Shown here: positions 39,314 to 45,989 of the stretch, piece after piece
How positions within the stretch are numbered: position 1 is the stretch's first letter
Layout: each line of letters starts with the position of its first letter
Assembly: GCA_947628735.1 (NCBI GenBank)
Contig: CANRAY010000002.1
Location: 35,482 to 99,481, forward strand
From: an uncultured Clostridia bacterium
Lineage (GTDB): Bacteria; Bacillota; Clostridia; TANB77; CAG-508
Length of the DNA stretch: 64,000 nucleotides
Direction: 5' to 3'
Made by a program: the position numbers and the translations under genes
The notes under the pieces: model-generated
Told to the model about the DNA's origin: nothing
The model's input: only the letters and a program-made list of their open reading frames with translations
Database searches by the model: none

Positions 39314-39967
39314 TTATTGTTCGCTTTCTACAATTTTATTTGTGTTTACTTCATCTTCCCTTTCGGGCATTGGAGCCTCTTTGTTTTCTATTATTTCTTG
39401 ATTATTATTTGCATCCATTAGATCATCAATTACAATTTGTTGATTTTCATCTAACTTATATTTTGGAAGTTCTGGTAAATCTTCTAAACTTTCTAATCCA
39501 AACATTCTTAAAAATTCTTTTGTTGTTCTATAAGTTGTTGGTTTTCCTGGTGCATCAGCTTTTCCTGCATCTTCAATTAATTCATAATCCAATAATTTAT
39601 ATATAGTTCCATCTGAATTAACCCCACGAATTGATTCAATCTCTGCTCTTGTAATTCTTGGATTATATGCAATAATAGCTAATGTTTCCATTGCAGCTTG
39701 TGATAAATTTGGTTTATTTCTTTTATCAAATATAGGATATAAATATTCATAGTTTTCTTTTTTTGTGCATAGTTGATAAGAGCCTTCAACATTAATAATT
39801 TGAATGCCTCTTTCTTCTTTTTCATATTCTAATTTCATACTATCTACTAACCCTATTATTTCTTCTGAACTCATTTCTAGAGCAGACATTAACTCATTTA
39901 CTTTAACATCTCTACCTGCTGAAAATAGGATTGATTCTATAATACTTTTTGCTTTTTTATTTTCCAT
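39314..39967 (-). CDS. scpB: Segregation and condensation protein B
   Basis: IIESILFSAG...V..L, IAYNPRITRAEIESIRGVNSDGTIYKLLDYELIE and PGKPTTYRTTKEFLRMFGL are the ScpB signatures. Confidence 0.9.
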   Translation of the reverse strand: MENKKAKSIIESILFSAGRDVKVNELMSALEMSSEEIIGLVDSMKLEYEKEERGIQIINVEGSYQLCTKKENYEYLYPIFDKRNKPNLSQAAMETLAIIAYNPRITRAEIESIRGVNSDGTIYKLLDYELIEDAGKADAPGKPTTYRTTKEFLRMFGLESLEDLPELPKYKLDENQQIVIDDLMDANNNQEIIENKEAPMPEREDEVNTNKIVESEQ

Positions 39968-40090
39968 ATTTTTCTTCCATCCATTAATAATGCATCTATT
40001 TTATCATATTTAAAAAAGATTGTCCATGGAAATATTTTGACTTGTATTCTTTTTTTTATTGTGTTATTATAAGTTTAGTTTAGTATTAGG

Positions 40091-40363
40091 ATGGTGATCA
40101 TGATGGATGAATTTGTTAATAAAGATGAAAAAACTTATATAGTAGAAGCTGATATGATAGAAGATAAAGATGAAAATGATTTAGATATTTCTAATGTCTC
40201 TGATGAAGAAGATAATTCTCCTGAAACACCTAAGCCAATTGAAGTTGTTAATGGCAATGGAAATGATTTAGATATTTCTGATGTTTCTGAATATTTAGAG
40301 GTTCAGAAACCAAAGGATGAAAATATAAAGGGCAATATTATTATTCCTGAAGAGAAAAAATAA
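40091..40363 (+). CDS. Small highly acidic protein with an internal repeat
   Basis: 90 aa, with NDLDISNVSDEE and NDLDISDVSEY repeated about 40 aa apart, and a terminator directly downstream. Confidence 0.4.
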   Translation: MVIMMDEFVNKDEKTYIVEADMIEDKDENDLDISNVSDEEDNSPETPKPIEVVNGNGNDLDISDVSEYLEVQKPKDENIKGNIIIPEEKK

Positions 40364-40367
40364 TTTT

Positions 40368-40414
40368 AAAGTCACTATTAAGAATAATGAGCTTTCTTAT
40401 AGTGACTTTTTATT
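40368..40414. terminator. Bidirectional Rho-independent terminator
   Basis: Stem aaagtcactat (40368-40378) / atagtgacttt (40399-40409), then ttatt. Confidence 0.55.
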
Positions 40415-40433
40415 AGTTTCATAATTTACCTTT

Positions 40434-41495
40434 TTAGCTATGTCCATAGACTAATTCATTCATTAGATTATGAACAGAAACAATTTCTTTTATTTTATCT
40501 ACATTACTTCCACAAAATATGAGTGCTTCTTTCGTATTTCCTTTTACTGCGTTTATTAATGCTTTTGTTATACAATATGGCGTATTTTGAATATCACAAG
40601 TTTTAATACAATTATAGCATTTTGTAATTTTGCTTTTTTCACTTTCTATTTTTTGAATAAATTCATTATTTATTGCTCTTCCAGGCATTCCGACAGGACT
40701 TTTTATAATCTTTATATCTTCTGATTTAGCATTTATATATGCTTTTTTAAATTCATCTGAAGCATCGCATTCATAAGTTGCAACAAAACGAGTTGCCATT
40801 TGGACTCCAGAAGCACCTAAATCTAAAAATTTCTTAATATCCTTATTATCCCAAATTCCACCTGCTGAAATCACAGGTATTTGCTTTCCAGTTTCTTTTT
40901 CAACCTCTTTTATATAATTTACTACATCTACTGTTATATCTTCCAGTTTAGGTTTATTTTCTTCTTTCAATTCTTCAAATTTAAAGCCTAGATGTCCTCC
41001 TGCTTCTGTGCCCTCAATTACAATCATATCTGGTGTATAATCATATTTTGCTTTCCAATGCTTTACAATTAATTGACAACATCTTAAAGAAGATATAATT
41101 GGTGCAATTTTTGTTTTTGTTCCTTTTACATACTCTGGCAAATCTTTTGGTATTCCTGCTCCAGATATAATCAAATCTATTTTTTGTCTTACACATTCTT
41201 TTACTATATCACTATAATTTTTCAAAGCAACCATAATATTAACTCCAAGAATTTTATCATTTCCTGCAATTTTTCTTGCTTTTTTTATTTCTTTTCCTAT
41301 TGCTCGTAAATTTGCTTCTTGAGGATTTTCATTAAAATCTTTTTCTTGATAGCCAATATCTGCTGTTGAAATTATACCAATTCCACCTTCTTTACTTACA
41401 GTTCCAGCTAGTTTATGTAATGACACACCAACTCCCATACCACCTTGAATAATTGGATATTTTGATTCTTTGTTTCCTAATTTTATACCTTTCAT
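40434..41495 (-). CDS. Nitronate monooxygenase / FabK-like FMN-dependent TIM-barrel oxidoreductase
   Basis: YPIIQGGMGVGVS, EGTEAGGHLG and SAGGIWD motifs typical of the NMO/enoyl-ACP reductase II family. Confidence 0.7.
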   Translation of the reverse strand: MKGIKLGNKESKYPIIQGGMGVGVSLHKLAGTVSKEGGIGIISTADIGYQEKDFNENPQEANLRAIGKEIKKARKIAGNDKILGVNIMVALKNYSDIVKECVRQKIDLIISGAGIPKDLPEYVKGTKTKIAPIISSLRCCQLIVKHWKAKYDYTPDMIVIEGTEAGGHLGFKFEELKEENKPKLEDITVDVVNYIKEVEKETGKQIPVISAGGIWDNKDIKKFLDLGASGVQMATRFVATYECDASDEFKKAYINAKSEDIKIIKSPVGMPGRAINNEFIQKIESEKSKITKCYNCIKTCDIQNTPYCITKALINAVKGNTKEALIFCGSNVDKIKEIVSVHNLMNELVYGHS

Positions 41496-41607
41496 AGTCT
41501 TCCTCCTTATCTAGTTTGTTATACTAGATTATAGTATATGCTATACTTTGTCAATAAGTTGACTAGTTAGTATAAAACTGCTATCATATTATTGGAGGAA
41601 TTATATT

Positions 41608-42132
41608 ATGATTAAAAAGGAAATATTATGTATAGAAAATTTTCATATTCCTAGATGGATTGAATTACCTAGTATAGAGCAATATTTGGATCAAGTTGTA
41701 AAGTTAATTAATTCTTGTTTAACCCCATATATTTTTTTTAATAATAATTATTCAAAAGAAGAAAACACTCTTCTTTCTAAAACAATGATAAATAATTATG
41801 TAAAAAATAATTTAATTGAAGCTCCTATAAAAAAGCAATATTCTAAAACACAAATAGCTAAACTATTCGTTATTTGTGTCTTAAAACAAGTATATAGTAT
41901 GCAAGATATAAAAAATTTAATTGAAATTGCTCTTAAAAATTCTACCATTGAAAACGCTTATGATAAATTTTGCAATTTATTTGAACAAGCTCTTCGTTGC
42001 ACTTACAATAAAAAAGACTTTATTGATAATAATTCAAGTAGCGATAATTTATATTTATTAAAATCAGTCTTACTATCTTGTAGTTATAAAATATACACTC
42101 AAAATACTATCTCAATACAAAATAGTAAATAA
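41608..42132 (+). CDS. DUF1836 domain protein
   Basis: LSKTMINNYVKNNLIEAPIKKQYSKTQIAKLFVICVLKQVYSMQDIKNLI matches the lT..MINNYvK..l...P.kKkY hallmark. Confidence 0.65.
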   Translation: MIKKEILCIENFHIPRWIELPSIEQYLDQVVKLINSCLTPYIFFNNNYSKEENTLLSKTMINNYVKNNLIEAPIKKQYSKTQIAKLFVICVLKQVYSMQDIKNLIEIALKNSTIENAYDKFCNLFEQALRCTYNKKDFIDNNSSSDNLYLLKSVLLSCSYKIYTQNTISIQNSK

Positions 42133-42172
42133 AAATATTATCTTATTTATTACGCCTTCTTCACTTATGTAC

Positions 42173-42201
42173 TTGAATCTACATAAAAATTGTACTATAA
42201 T
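42173..42201 (+). promoter_or_regulatory. Candidate sigma-A promoter of the two-gene cassette (TTGAAT-17-TATAAT)
   Basis: -35 TTGAAT at 42173-42178, a 17-nt spacer, and -10 TATAAT at 42196-42201. This predicts a 5' leader of about 125 nt. Confidence 0.45.
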
Positions 42202-42331
42202 ACCAATATCTTTTTGTTTTATTTTCATATAAATTTATATAGAAAGTAAGCAAAATGTAAACACATTTTATAAGGAGGTTGAGAAATATCAGGTATCTTT
42301 CGCAAGAAATAACATAGAAGGAGGTTTTCAA

Positions 42332-43495
42332 TTGTTACGACTACTTGCAGCAGATGTAGATATTTGTCGAATAAGTAAAGTGTTGGGAAGGCAACGGATA
42401 AAGTCATCCATCACAAACTCGACAATTATCATCGAGGCCGATGAGATTTCTGATGATGTAGTTGATATGCTTTTTGCAAATGCAACAATTATCAGTGCTC
42501 AAAACTATTGCTTGAATGAAGCAGAAACAGTTATTGACACAAAAATAGAATCTGAACAAGACCATGAACCCAGTATTGACTCATCTGTTAAACAATTCGA
42601 ATCTATCAAAACAAGTGAAATAGATACAAATGACAATACTTCCAGTGATGAAACAATAGATTCCGAATACTATGTGCAAGAACAGAAGGATATGTCTTTA
42701 GAATTGGGTATTGAAACTGAATCGGAAGATAAACCAACTCAAGCAAAAATTTCTGAATTAGAAATGGTTTACAGAGGTGAGGTTTACAAATGGAATAATG
42801 AGAGATATGCTGATGATAAAGAGGGACAGATCAAAGAATGTGTAATAATCATTCAAAATGATTACCAAAACTCTGCATCAGATGATACCATTGCTCTGTT
42901 TTGTACAACTCATTATGAGGAACGTGCTCCCATTCACTTTTTATTTCAATTCACCGAAAGAACTATGATTGACCACAGTGCTAAAAGGTTAGAACTGTTT
43001 GATCATTGCACTTTTTTTGTTGGTCATATTAAGGGCATTAGTCGAAAGCAGTTAGGCACGTATTTAGGAACTATGACTAATGAGTTCATGAATACATTGC
43101 AACCTACGATTGACTTTTGTCTTGGATTAAAAAGGTCTAGGACAGTTAATTGGATTCAATTACAGATTCTTTCAACAATAAATATGGAGGATTTGTTCAA
43201 AATTTCTGAGTCCAAAGTAAGTGACAATCAAAAGGTCGATGAATTTTTAGAACTTTTTGGCTTTGATATGTCAATCAATGGCATGCAATATGTCAAAGAT
43301 TCTATCTTGGTTGCTAAAAAATTGAGCGATTATAGATTGGAGTTTCTGGCAGAAATTGTTGCTGAAAAAAGGCAAGTCGATGCTAACGAAGTTTTAAGAT
43401 TAATAGTAGCGAGAATTAAAGAAAATTTTCATTTCAATAAGTCTCCTGCTATTTCGTTCATTAGGCTAATCGACAGGTTATTGAAGAAGAGGTGA
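42332..43495 (+). CDS. Uncharacterised multidomain protein A: small N-domain, acidic linker, MazF/PemK-like barrel, Spo0A_C-like helical DNA-binding domain
   Basis: TTG start with AAGGAGG 7 nt upstream.
- aa 61-140 are D/E/S/T-rich.
- aa 147-266 read YRGEVYKW...ECVIIIQNDYQNSASDDTIALFCTTH..., following the MazF hallmark RGD[IV]Y...RP.[LV][IV][IV].ND...T.I..P.T.
- aa 300-387 read FGFDMSINGMQYVKDSILV...VLRLIVARIKENF...SPAISFIRLIDRLL. This parallels the Spo0A C-domain present in this same window ([17 protein letters not shown]...[13 protein letters not shown]...[12 protein letters not shown]). Confidence 0.6.
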   Translation: MLRLLAADVDICRISKVLGRQRIKSSITNSTIIIEADEISDDVVDMLFANATIISAQNYCLNEAETVIDTKIESEQDHEPSIDSSVKQFESIKTSEIDTNDNTSSDETIDSEYYVQEQKDMSLELGIETESEDKPTQAKISELEMVYRGEVYKWNNERYADDKEGQIKECVIIIQNDYQNSASDDTIALFCTTHYEERAPIHFLFQFTERTMIDHSAKRLELFDHCTFFVGHIKGISRKQLGTYLGTMTNEFMNTLQPTIDFCLGLKRSRTVNWIQLQILSTINMEDLFKISESKVSDNQKVDEFLELFGFDMSINGMQYVKDSILVAKKLSDYRLEFLAEIVAEKRQVDANEVLRLIVARIKENFHFNKSPAISFIRLIDRLLKKR

Positions 43496-44775
43496 ATCGT
43501 GTGAATTTATCATTAACAGTAACCAAGAAGGCAAATACGAATATGTCTAGCTTGTTAAAGCAAATGTGTTCGTTAAAGTGTCGGATCAGTGTAGATTTGA
43601 TAAATGGTAGCATTTCCATTACCGATATGGATGACAATGATGTTGATAGCATTATTGATGCTGTCAACGAGGCTTTCGAGATTTCAAGTATTGACATTGT
43701 TCCGAGCGTTGTAGTCCCTGAACCTGAGAAGCCTGTTATTACGGAAGATTCCATTGAATTCGAGAAGGTGGAATTTAACGATACAGAAGTACAAGAACAG
43801 GTAAATAAACTTCTTAGAATTATCTACTGGGCTATGTATTCCAATAAGGCAAAATCTCGTGATATTTGTCAGTATTTAATGTCAACAGGTACGGAAATTG
43901 CGATGAAGTACAATCCAAAAGTTCCCACAAAATTCGCCATTGGAGATATTGTTGACTGCAACTATGGTTCTCATTTGAAAAATGAGATTTCTGGTGGCCA
44001 TGTTCACTCTATCATTTGCGATATTGATGAGAACGAAATGGTATACGCTGTTCCTATTACTAAGACACAAATCGAAAACGATGAAACAAGGTATTTGCAG
44101 TTTGCTGCAAATATTGATGTAGAGTACAATGATGCAAGATTTGCTGGTGGTACAGTTCTTCTCAATATGGGAAGATACATCCATCAACTGAGAGTCATCA
44201 AAGTTGTCGGTCATGCTTTACCTGAGTTCTTTCACAAGATCTTAATTGCATTACCAGCTACAGTTAGTTTTTCTTCTAAATATGACAACTACGAAGATCA
44301 ATTTGCTGAAAAGTTTGGTGATGTTAGTAATGATGACAGTATGTTGTCATTTGAGAGCTCTGAAGAACCTGAGGTTAAAAAAATTGAGGACGACTCTGTT
44401 GAAGAAATTTCTGGTAAGGTAATTTCTTCCGAAGATTATGTTGCTGACATTATTGCAGATGCTTTGAATTCTTTGGATAAGTCTAAGCCTGTAGAAGACC
44501 AAATTGATAATTTTCTTGATGCAATTGGTTTGTCTAAAAATGTACTTATTGTGAGAAATGCTTTCATTGCTGCTTGCTCTGTGGATAAAGTCACTTACAA
44601 TAATCTCGTCATCGAGTTGCAAAAAGAGATGCCTAAAGTTCGTGGTGAAATCATTAAGCTAACTTTAAAAAACGAATTTAAGAAATGGCTAAGTAATCAT
44701 CCTGATGTGATAGCGAATTATTCTAAAATCTCTATTATTGTTTTGCTCAAGCTCTTTGCGAAGAAGATGTCATAA
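43492..44775 (+). CDS. Uncharacterised multidomain protein B (paralogue of A): small N-domain, helical segment, MazF/PemK-like barrel, acidic linker, helical C-domain
   Basis: The GTG at 43492 overlaps the stop of A. An alternative GTG at 43501 has GAGG 8 nt upstream.
- aa 148-255 read AIGDIVDCNYGSHLKNEISGGHVHSIICDIDENEMVYAVPITKTQ...GRYIHQLRVIKVVGHAL, which is MazF/PemK-like.
- aa 262-318 are acidic.
- The C-terminal IDNFLDAIGLSKNVLIVRNAFIAA... parallels VDEFLELFGFDMS... of A.
- The N-domain ISVDLINGSISITDMDDNDVDSIIDAV parallels ITNSTIIIEADEISDDVVDMLFA of A. Confidence 0.6.
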   Translation: MNRVNLSLTVTKKANTNMSSLLKQMCSLKCRISVDLINGSISITDMDDNDVDSIIDAVNEAFEISSIDIVPSVVVPEPEKPVITEDSIEFEKVEFNDTEVQEQVNKLLRIIYWAMYSNKAKSRDICQYLMSTGTEIAMKYNPKVPTKFAIGDIVDCNYGSHLKNEISGGHVHSIICDIDENEMVYAVPITKTQIENDETRYLQFAANIDVEYNDARFAGGTVLLNMGRYIHQLRVIKVVGHALPEFFHKILIALPATVSFSSKYDNYEDQFAEKFGDVSNDDSMLSFESSEEPEVKKIEDDSVEEISGKVISSEDYVADIIADALNSLDKSKPVEDQIDNFLDAIGLSKNVLIVRNAFIAACSVDKVTYNNLVIELQKEMPKVRGEIIKLTLKNEFKKWLSNHPDVIANYSKISIIVLLKLFAKKMS

Positions 44776-44804
44776 TTCAATTTTCAAAAAATGTTTACAT
44801 TTTC

Positions 44805-44838
44805 CTGTGTGATAGGGTTCTATCACACAGTTTTTTTA
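44805..44838 (+). terminator. Rho-independent terminator of the two-gene cassette
   Basis: Perfect 11-bp stem ctgtgtgatag (44805-44815) / ctatcacacag (44820-44830), a 4-nt loop, then TTTTTTT. Confidence 0.8.
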
Positions 44839-44895
44839 TTATAGTAAAAAAGTAGGTTTCAAAAAACCTCCCTTTGAAGAGTTTTATTATATTTC

Positions 44896-44925
44896 TTGAC
44901 TTTTTCATAAAAAATATATTATAAT
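44896..44925 (+). promoter_or_regulatory. Near-consensus sigma-A promoter (TTGACT-18-TATAAT) driving a short convergent transcript
   Basis: -35 TTGACT at 44896-44901 and -10 TATAAT at 44920-44925, with no long ORF downstream. Confidence 0.5.
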
Positions 44926-44931
44926 AAATAT

Positions 44932-45016
44932 AGGAAATGGAGAAACCACAAACGTGGTTTGCCGATAAAGATATGAAAAACACACCTGAACCGGTCAAGT
45001 AACAGATGTGTTTTTT
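44932..45016 (+). ncRNA. Candidate about 85-nt small RNA, which could alternatively encode a 21-aa ORF at 44937-45002
   Basis: Bounded by the promoter at 44896-44925 and the terminator at 44979-45016. It contains the hairpin AAACCAC-aaac-GTGGTTT. The possible ORF is MEKPQTWFADKDMKNTPEPVK, with AGGA only 1 nt from its ATG (poor SD spacing). It converges on the 36-aa peptide gene. Confidence 0.4.
44974..45016. terminator. Bidirectional terminator shared by the convergent small transcripts
   Basis: Stem aacacacctg (44979-44988) / cagatgtgtt (45003-45012). One C-A mismatch on the plus transcript becomes a G-U pair on the minus transcript. T-runs follow on both strands. Confidence 0.6.
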
Positions 45017-45022
45017 ATTTGT

Positions 45023-45133
45023 CTATTTGCTTAAAAATATTGTAAATATAATTAAGGCAAATACTATAATAGTTTCGACAAGTAAAGCAAATAAAAGTAA
45101 GTATATTATTTCTAATAAAACTGCTTCTATCAT
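45023..45133 (-). CDS. 36-aa hydrophobic peptide (candidate type I toxin-like or small membrane protein)
   Basis: MIEAVLLEIIYLLLFALLVETIIVFALIIFTIFLSK, with GGAGG (45141-45145) 7 nt upstream of the ATG at 45133 and the terminator 10 nt after the stop. Below the length cut-off of the ORF track. Confidence 0.5.
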   Translation of the reverse strand: MIEAVLLEIIYLLLFALLVETIIVFALIIFTIFLSK

Positions 45134-45216
45134 AGCACCACCTCCATTCTAAAGGACAAGCCTTTATATGTAAAGTGGCAAACCACATCTGCTTATTCTC
45201 ATTTCCTATGTTAATA

Positions 45217-45245
45217 ATTTTACGATATTATTTTAATTATGTCTA
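45217..45245 (-). promoter_or_regulatory. Candidate sigma-A promoter for the 36-aa peptide transcript (TAGACA-17-TAAAAT)
   Basis: On the minus strand, -35 TAGACA (45240-45245), a 17-nt spacer, and -10 TAAAAT (45217-45222). The predicted start coincides with the right copy of the inverted repeat. Confidence 0.4.
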
Positions 45246-45516
45246 TGCAATTTATAAATTTATTATTTTTTCCTAAATTTCCTCATAGTAGAATTTCATC
45301 TGTAAATCCTTGTATATAAAGATAATTACTTTATAAATTATTTAATAAATGTATAGAATTTGCAAAGTTTTTCACAGGTTATATAATATAAATTTCCTGT
45401 GCAAATTCCGAGCAGAAACAAAAAAATAATGAAAAATGACAAATAATTTTGAAAATAGGTTAAATAATGAAAAAAAATAAAATGTAGTCATATCAATACT
45501 TGCAAGTAATGGTATA

Positions 45517-45559
45517 CAAAAATAAAACAGTCTGAAATTGGTTAAATTTCAGACTGTTT
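45517..45559 (-). terminator. Rho-independent terminator immediately after tRNA-Leu
   Basis: Perfect 14-bp stem aaacagtctgaaat (45525-45538) / atttcagactgttt (45546-45559), with a T-rich run on the minus strand. Confidence 0.75.
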
Positions 45560-45648
45560 GGTGCAGATGGCCGGAATCGAACCGGCACGGGAGGATAAGT
45601 CCCGCAGGATTTTAAGTCCTGTGCGTCTGCCAGTTCCGCCACATCTGC
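45559..45648 (-). tRNA. tRNA-Leu (anticodon UAA), class II with a long variable arm and an encoded CCA
   Basis: The reverse complement GCAGATGTGGCGGAACTGGCAGACGCACAGGACTTAAAATCCTGCGGGACTTATCCTCCCGTGCCGGTTCGATTCCGGCCATCTGCACCA folds as a cloverleaf: 7-bp acceptor GCAGATG/CATCTGC, anticodon stem CAGGA/TCCTG with loop CTTAAAA, variable-arm stem GGGA/TCCC, and T-arm GCCGG-TTCGATT-CCGGC. Confidence 0.95.
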
Positions 45649-45724
45649 GTTTATTGAACTGACAAGATTTATTTTACTACCTTTAATAGTATTTTGTCAA
45701 GACTTATTCCAATATTTCTTTATT

Positions 45725-45862
45725 TTATTCTTCTATTTTTTCAAAAGAAGTTTTTGGAACACCACATAATGGGCATACCCAATCTTCTGGTAGATCTTCA
45801 AATTTTACTTCTTCTACCTCATCATCATATACATATCCACATGTTAAACATCTATATTTCAT
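45725..45862 (-). CDS. Rubredoxin (45 aa)
   Basis: [45 protein letters not shown] has two CxxCG knuckles and the DW.CP.CG pattern. AAGGAGAG SD lies 6 nt upstream. Too short for the ORF track. Confidence 0.85.
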   Translation of the reverse strand: MKYRCLTCGYVYDDEVEEVKFEDLPEDWVCPLCGVPKTSFEKIEE

Positions 45863-45920
45863 TTTCATCTCTCCTTTCTTTAATGAATTATATTATATTA
45901 TTTTTTATTTAACAAGTATA

Positions 45921-45954
45921 TTAAAAAAAGATATAGGTTTTTTCCTATATCTTT
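45921..45954 (-). terminator. Rho-independent terminator after hup
   Basis: Stem aaagatatagg (45927-45937) / cctatatcttt (45944-45954), with a T-run on the minus strand. Confidence 0.7.
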
Positions 45955-45989
45955 ATATGAATTCATATATTTATATAAATTTCGAACTC

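Noticed and set aside
42279-42317. A possible 12-codon leader peptide (TTG AGA AAT ATC ...) after the first AAGGAGG in the cassette leader.
   Set aside because: The TTG directly abuts the SD with zero spacing. The other in-frame starts would be ATA or ATC. The evidence for translation is not convincing.
42365-42371. Single perfect 0A boxes inside cassette gene A (TGTCGAA, 42365-42371) and inside the 36-aa peptide gene (TTCGACA, 45074-45080).
   Set aside because: With this base composition, several single 7-mer matches are expected by chance in 64 kb. Only the tandem pair at 26235-26251 stands out statistically.
43461-44622. Three antisense ORFs inside cassette gene B (43461..43754, 43882..44214, 44347..44622).
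   Set aside because: The higher G+C of this segment lengthens random ORFs. None has an SD or a recognisable motif, and the sense-strand ORF is continuous and motif-bearing.
44795-44998. 67-aa minus-strand ORF spanning the cassette terminator and the small-RNA promoter.
   Set aside because: It runs through a strong terminator hairpin and a promoter, and it has no SD. The promoter/terminator interpretation explains the region better.
45183-45192. A 10-nt match (ccacatctgc) to the 5' acceptor end of tRNA-Leu (45639-45648), considered as a possible att-site remnant.
   Set aside because: Island integration duplicates the tRNA 3' part, not the 5' end. The match is short, and a 10-mer shared with a 90-nt query is not improbable in 128 kb of two-strand sequence. 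It also overlaps the inverted-repeat leader, which explains it better.
45360-45387. Plus-strand TTGCAA-16-TATAAT promoter-like sequence pointing toward the antisense of tRNA-Leu.
   Set aside because: There is no downstream ORF or terminator. AT-rich intergenic DNA produces such matches readily, so it was not reported as a feature.
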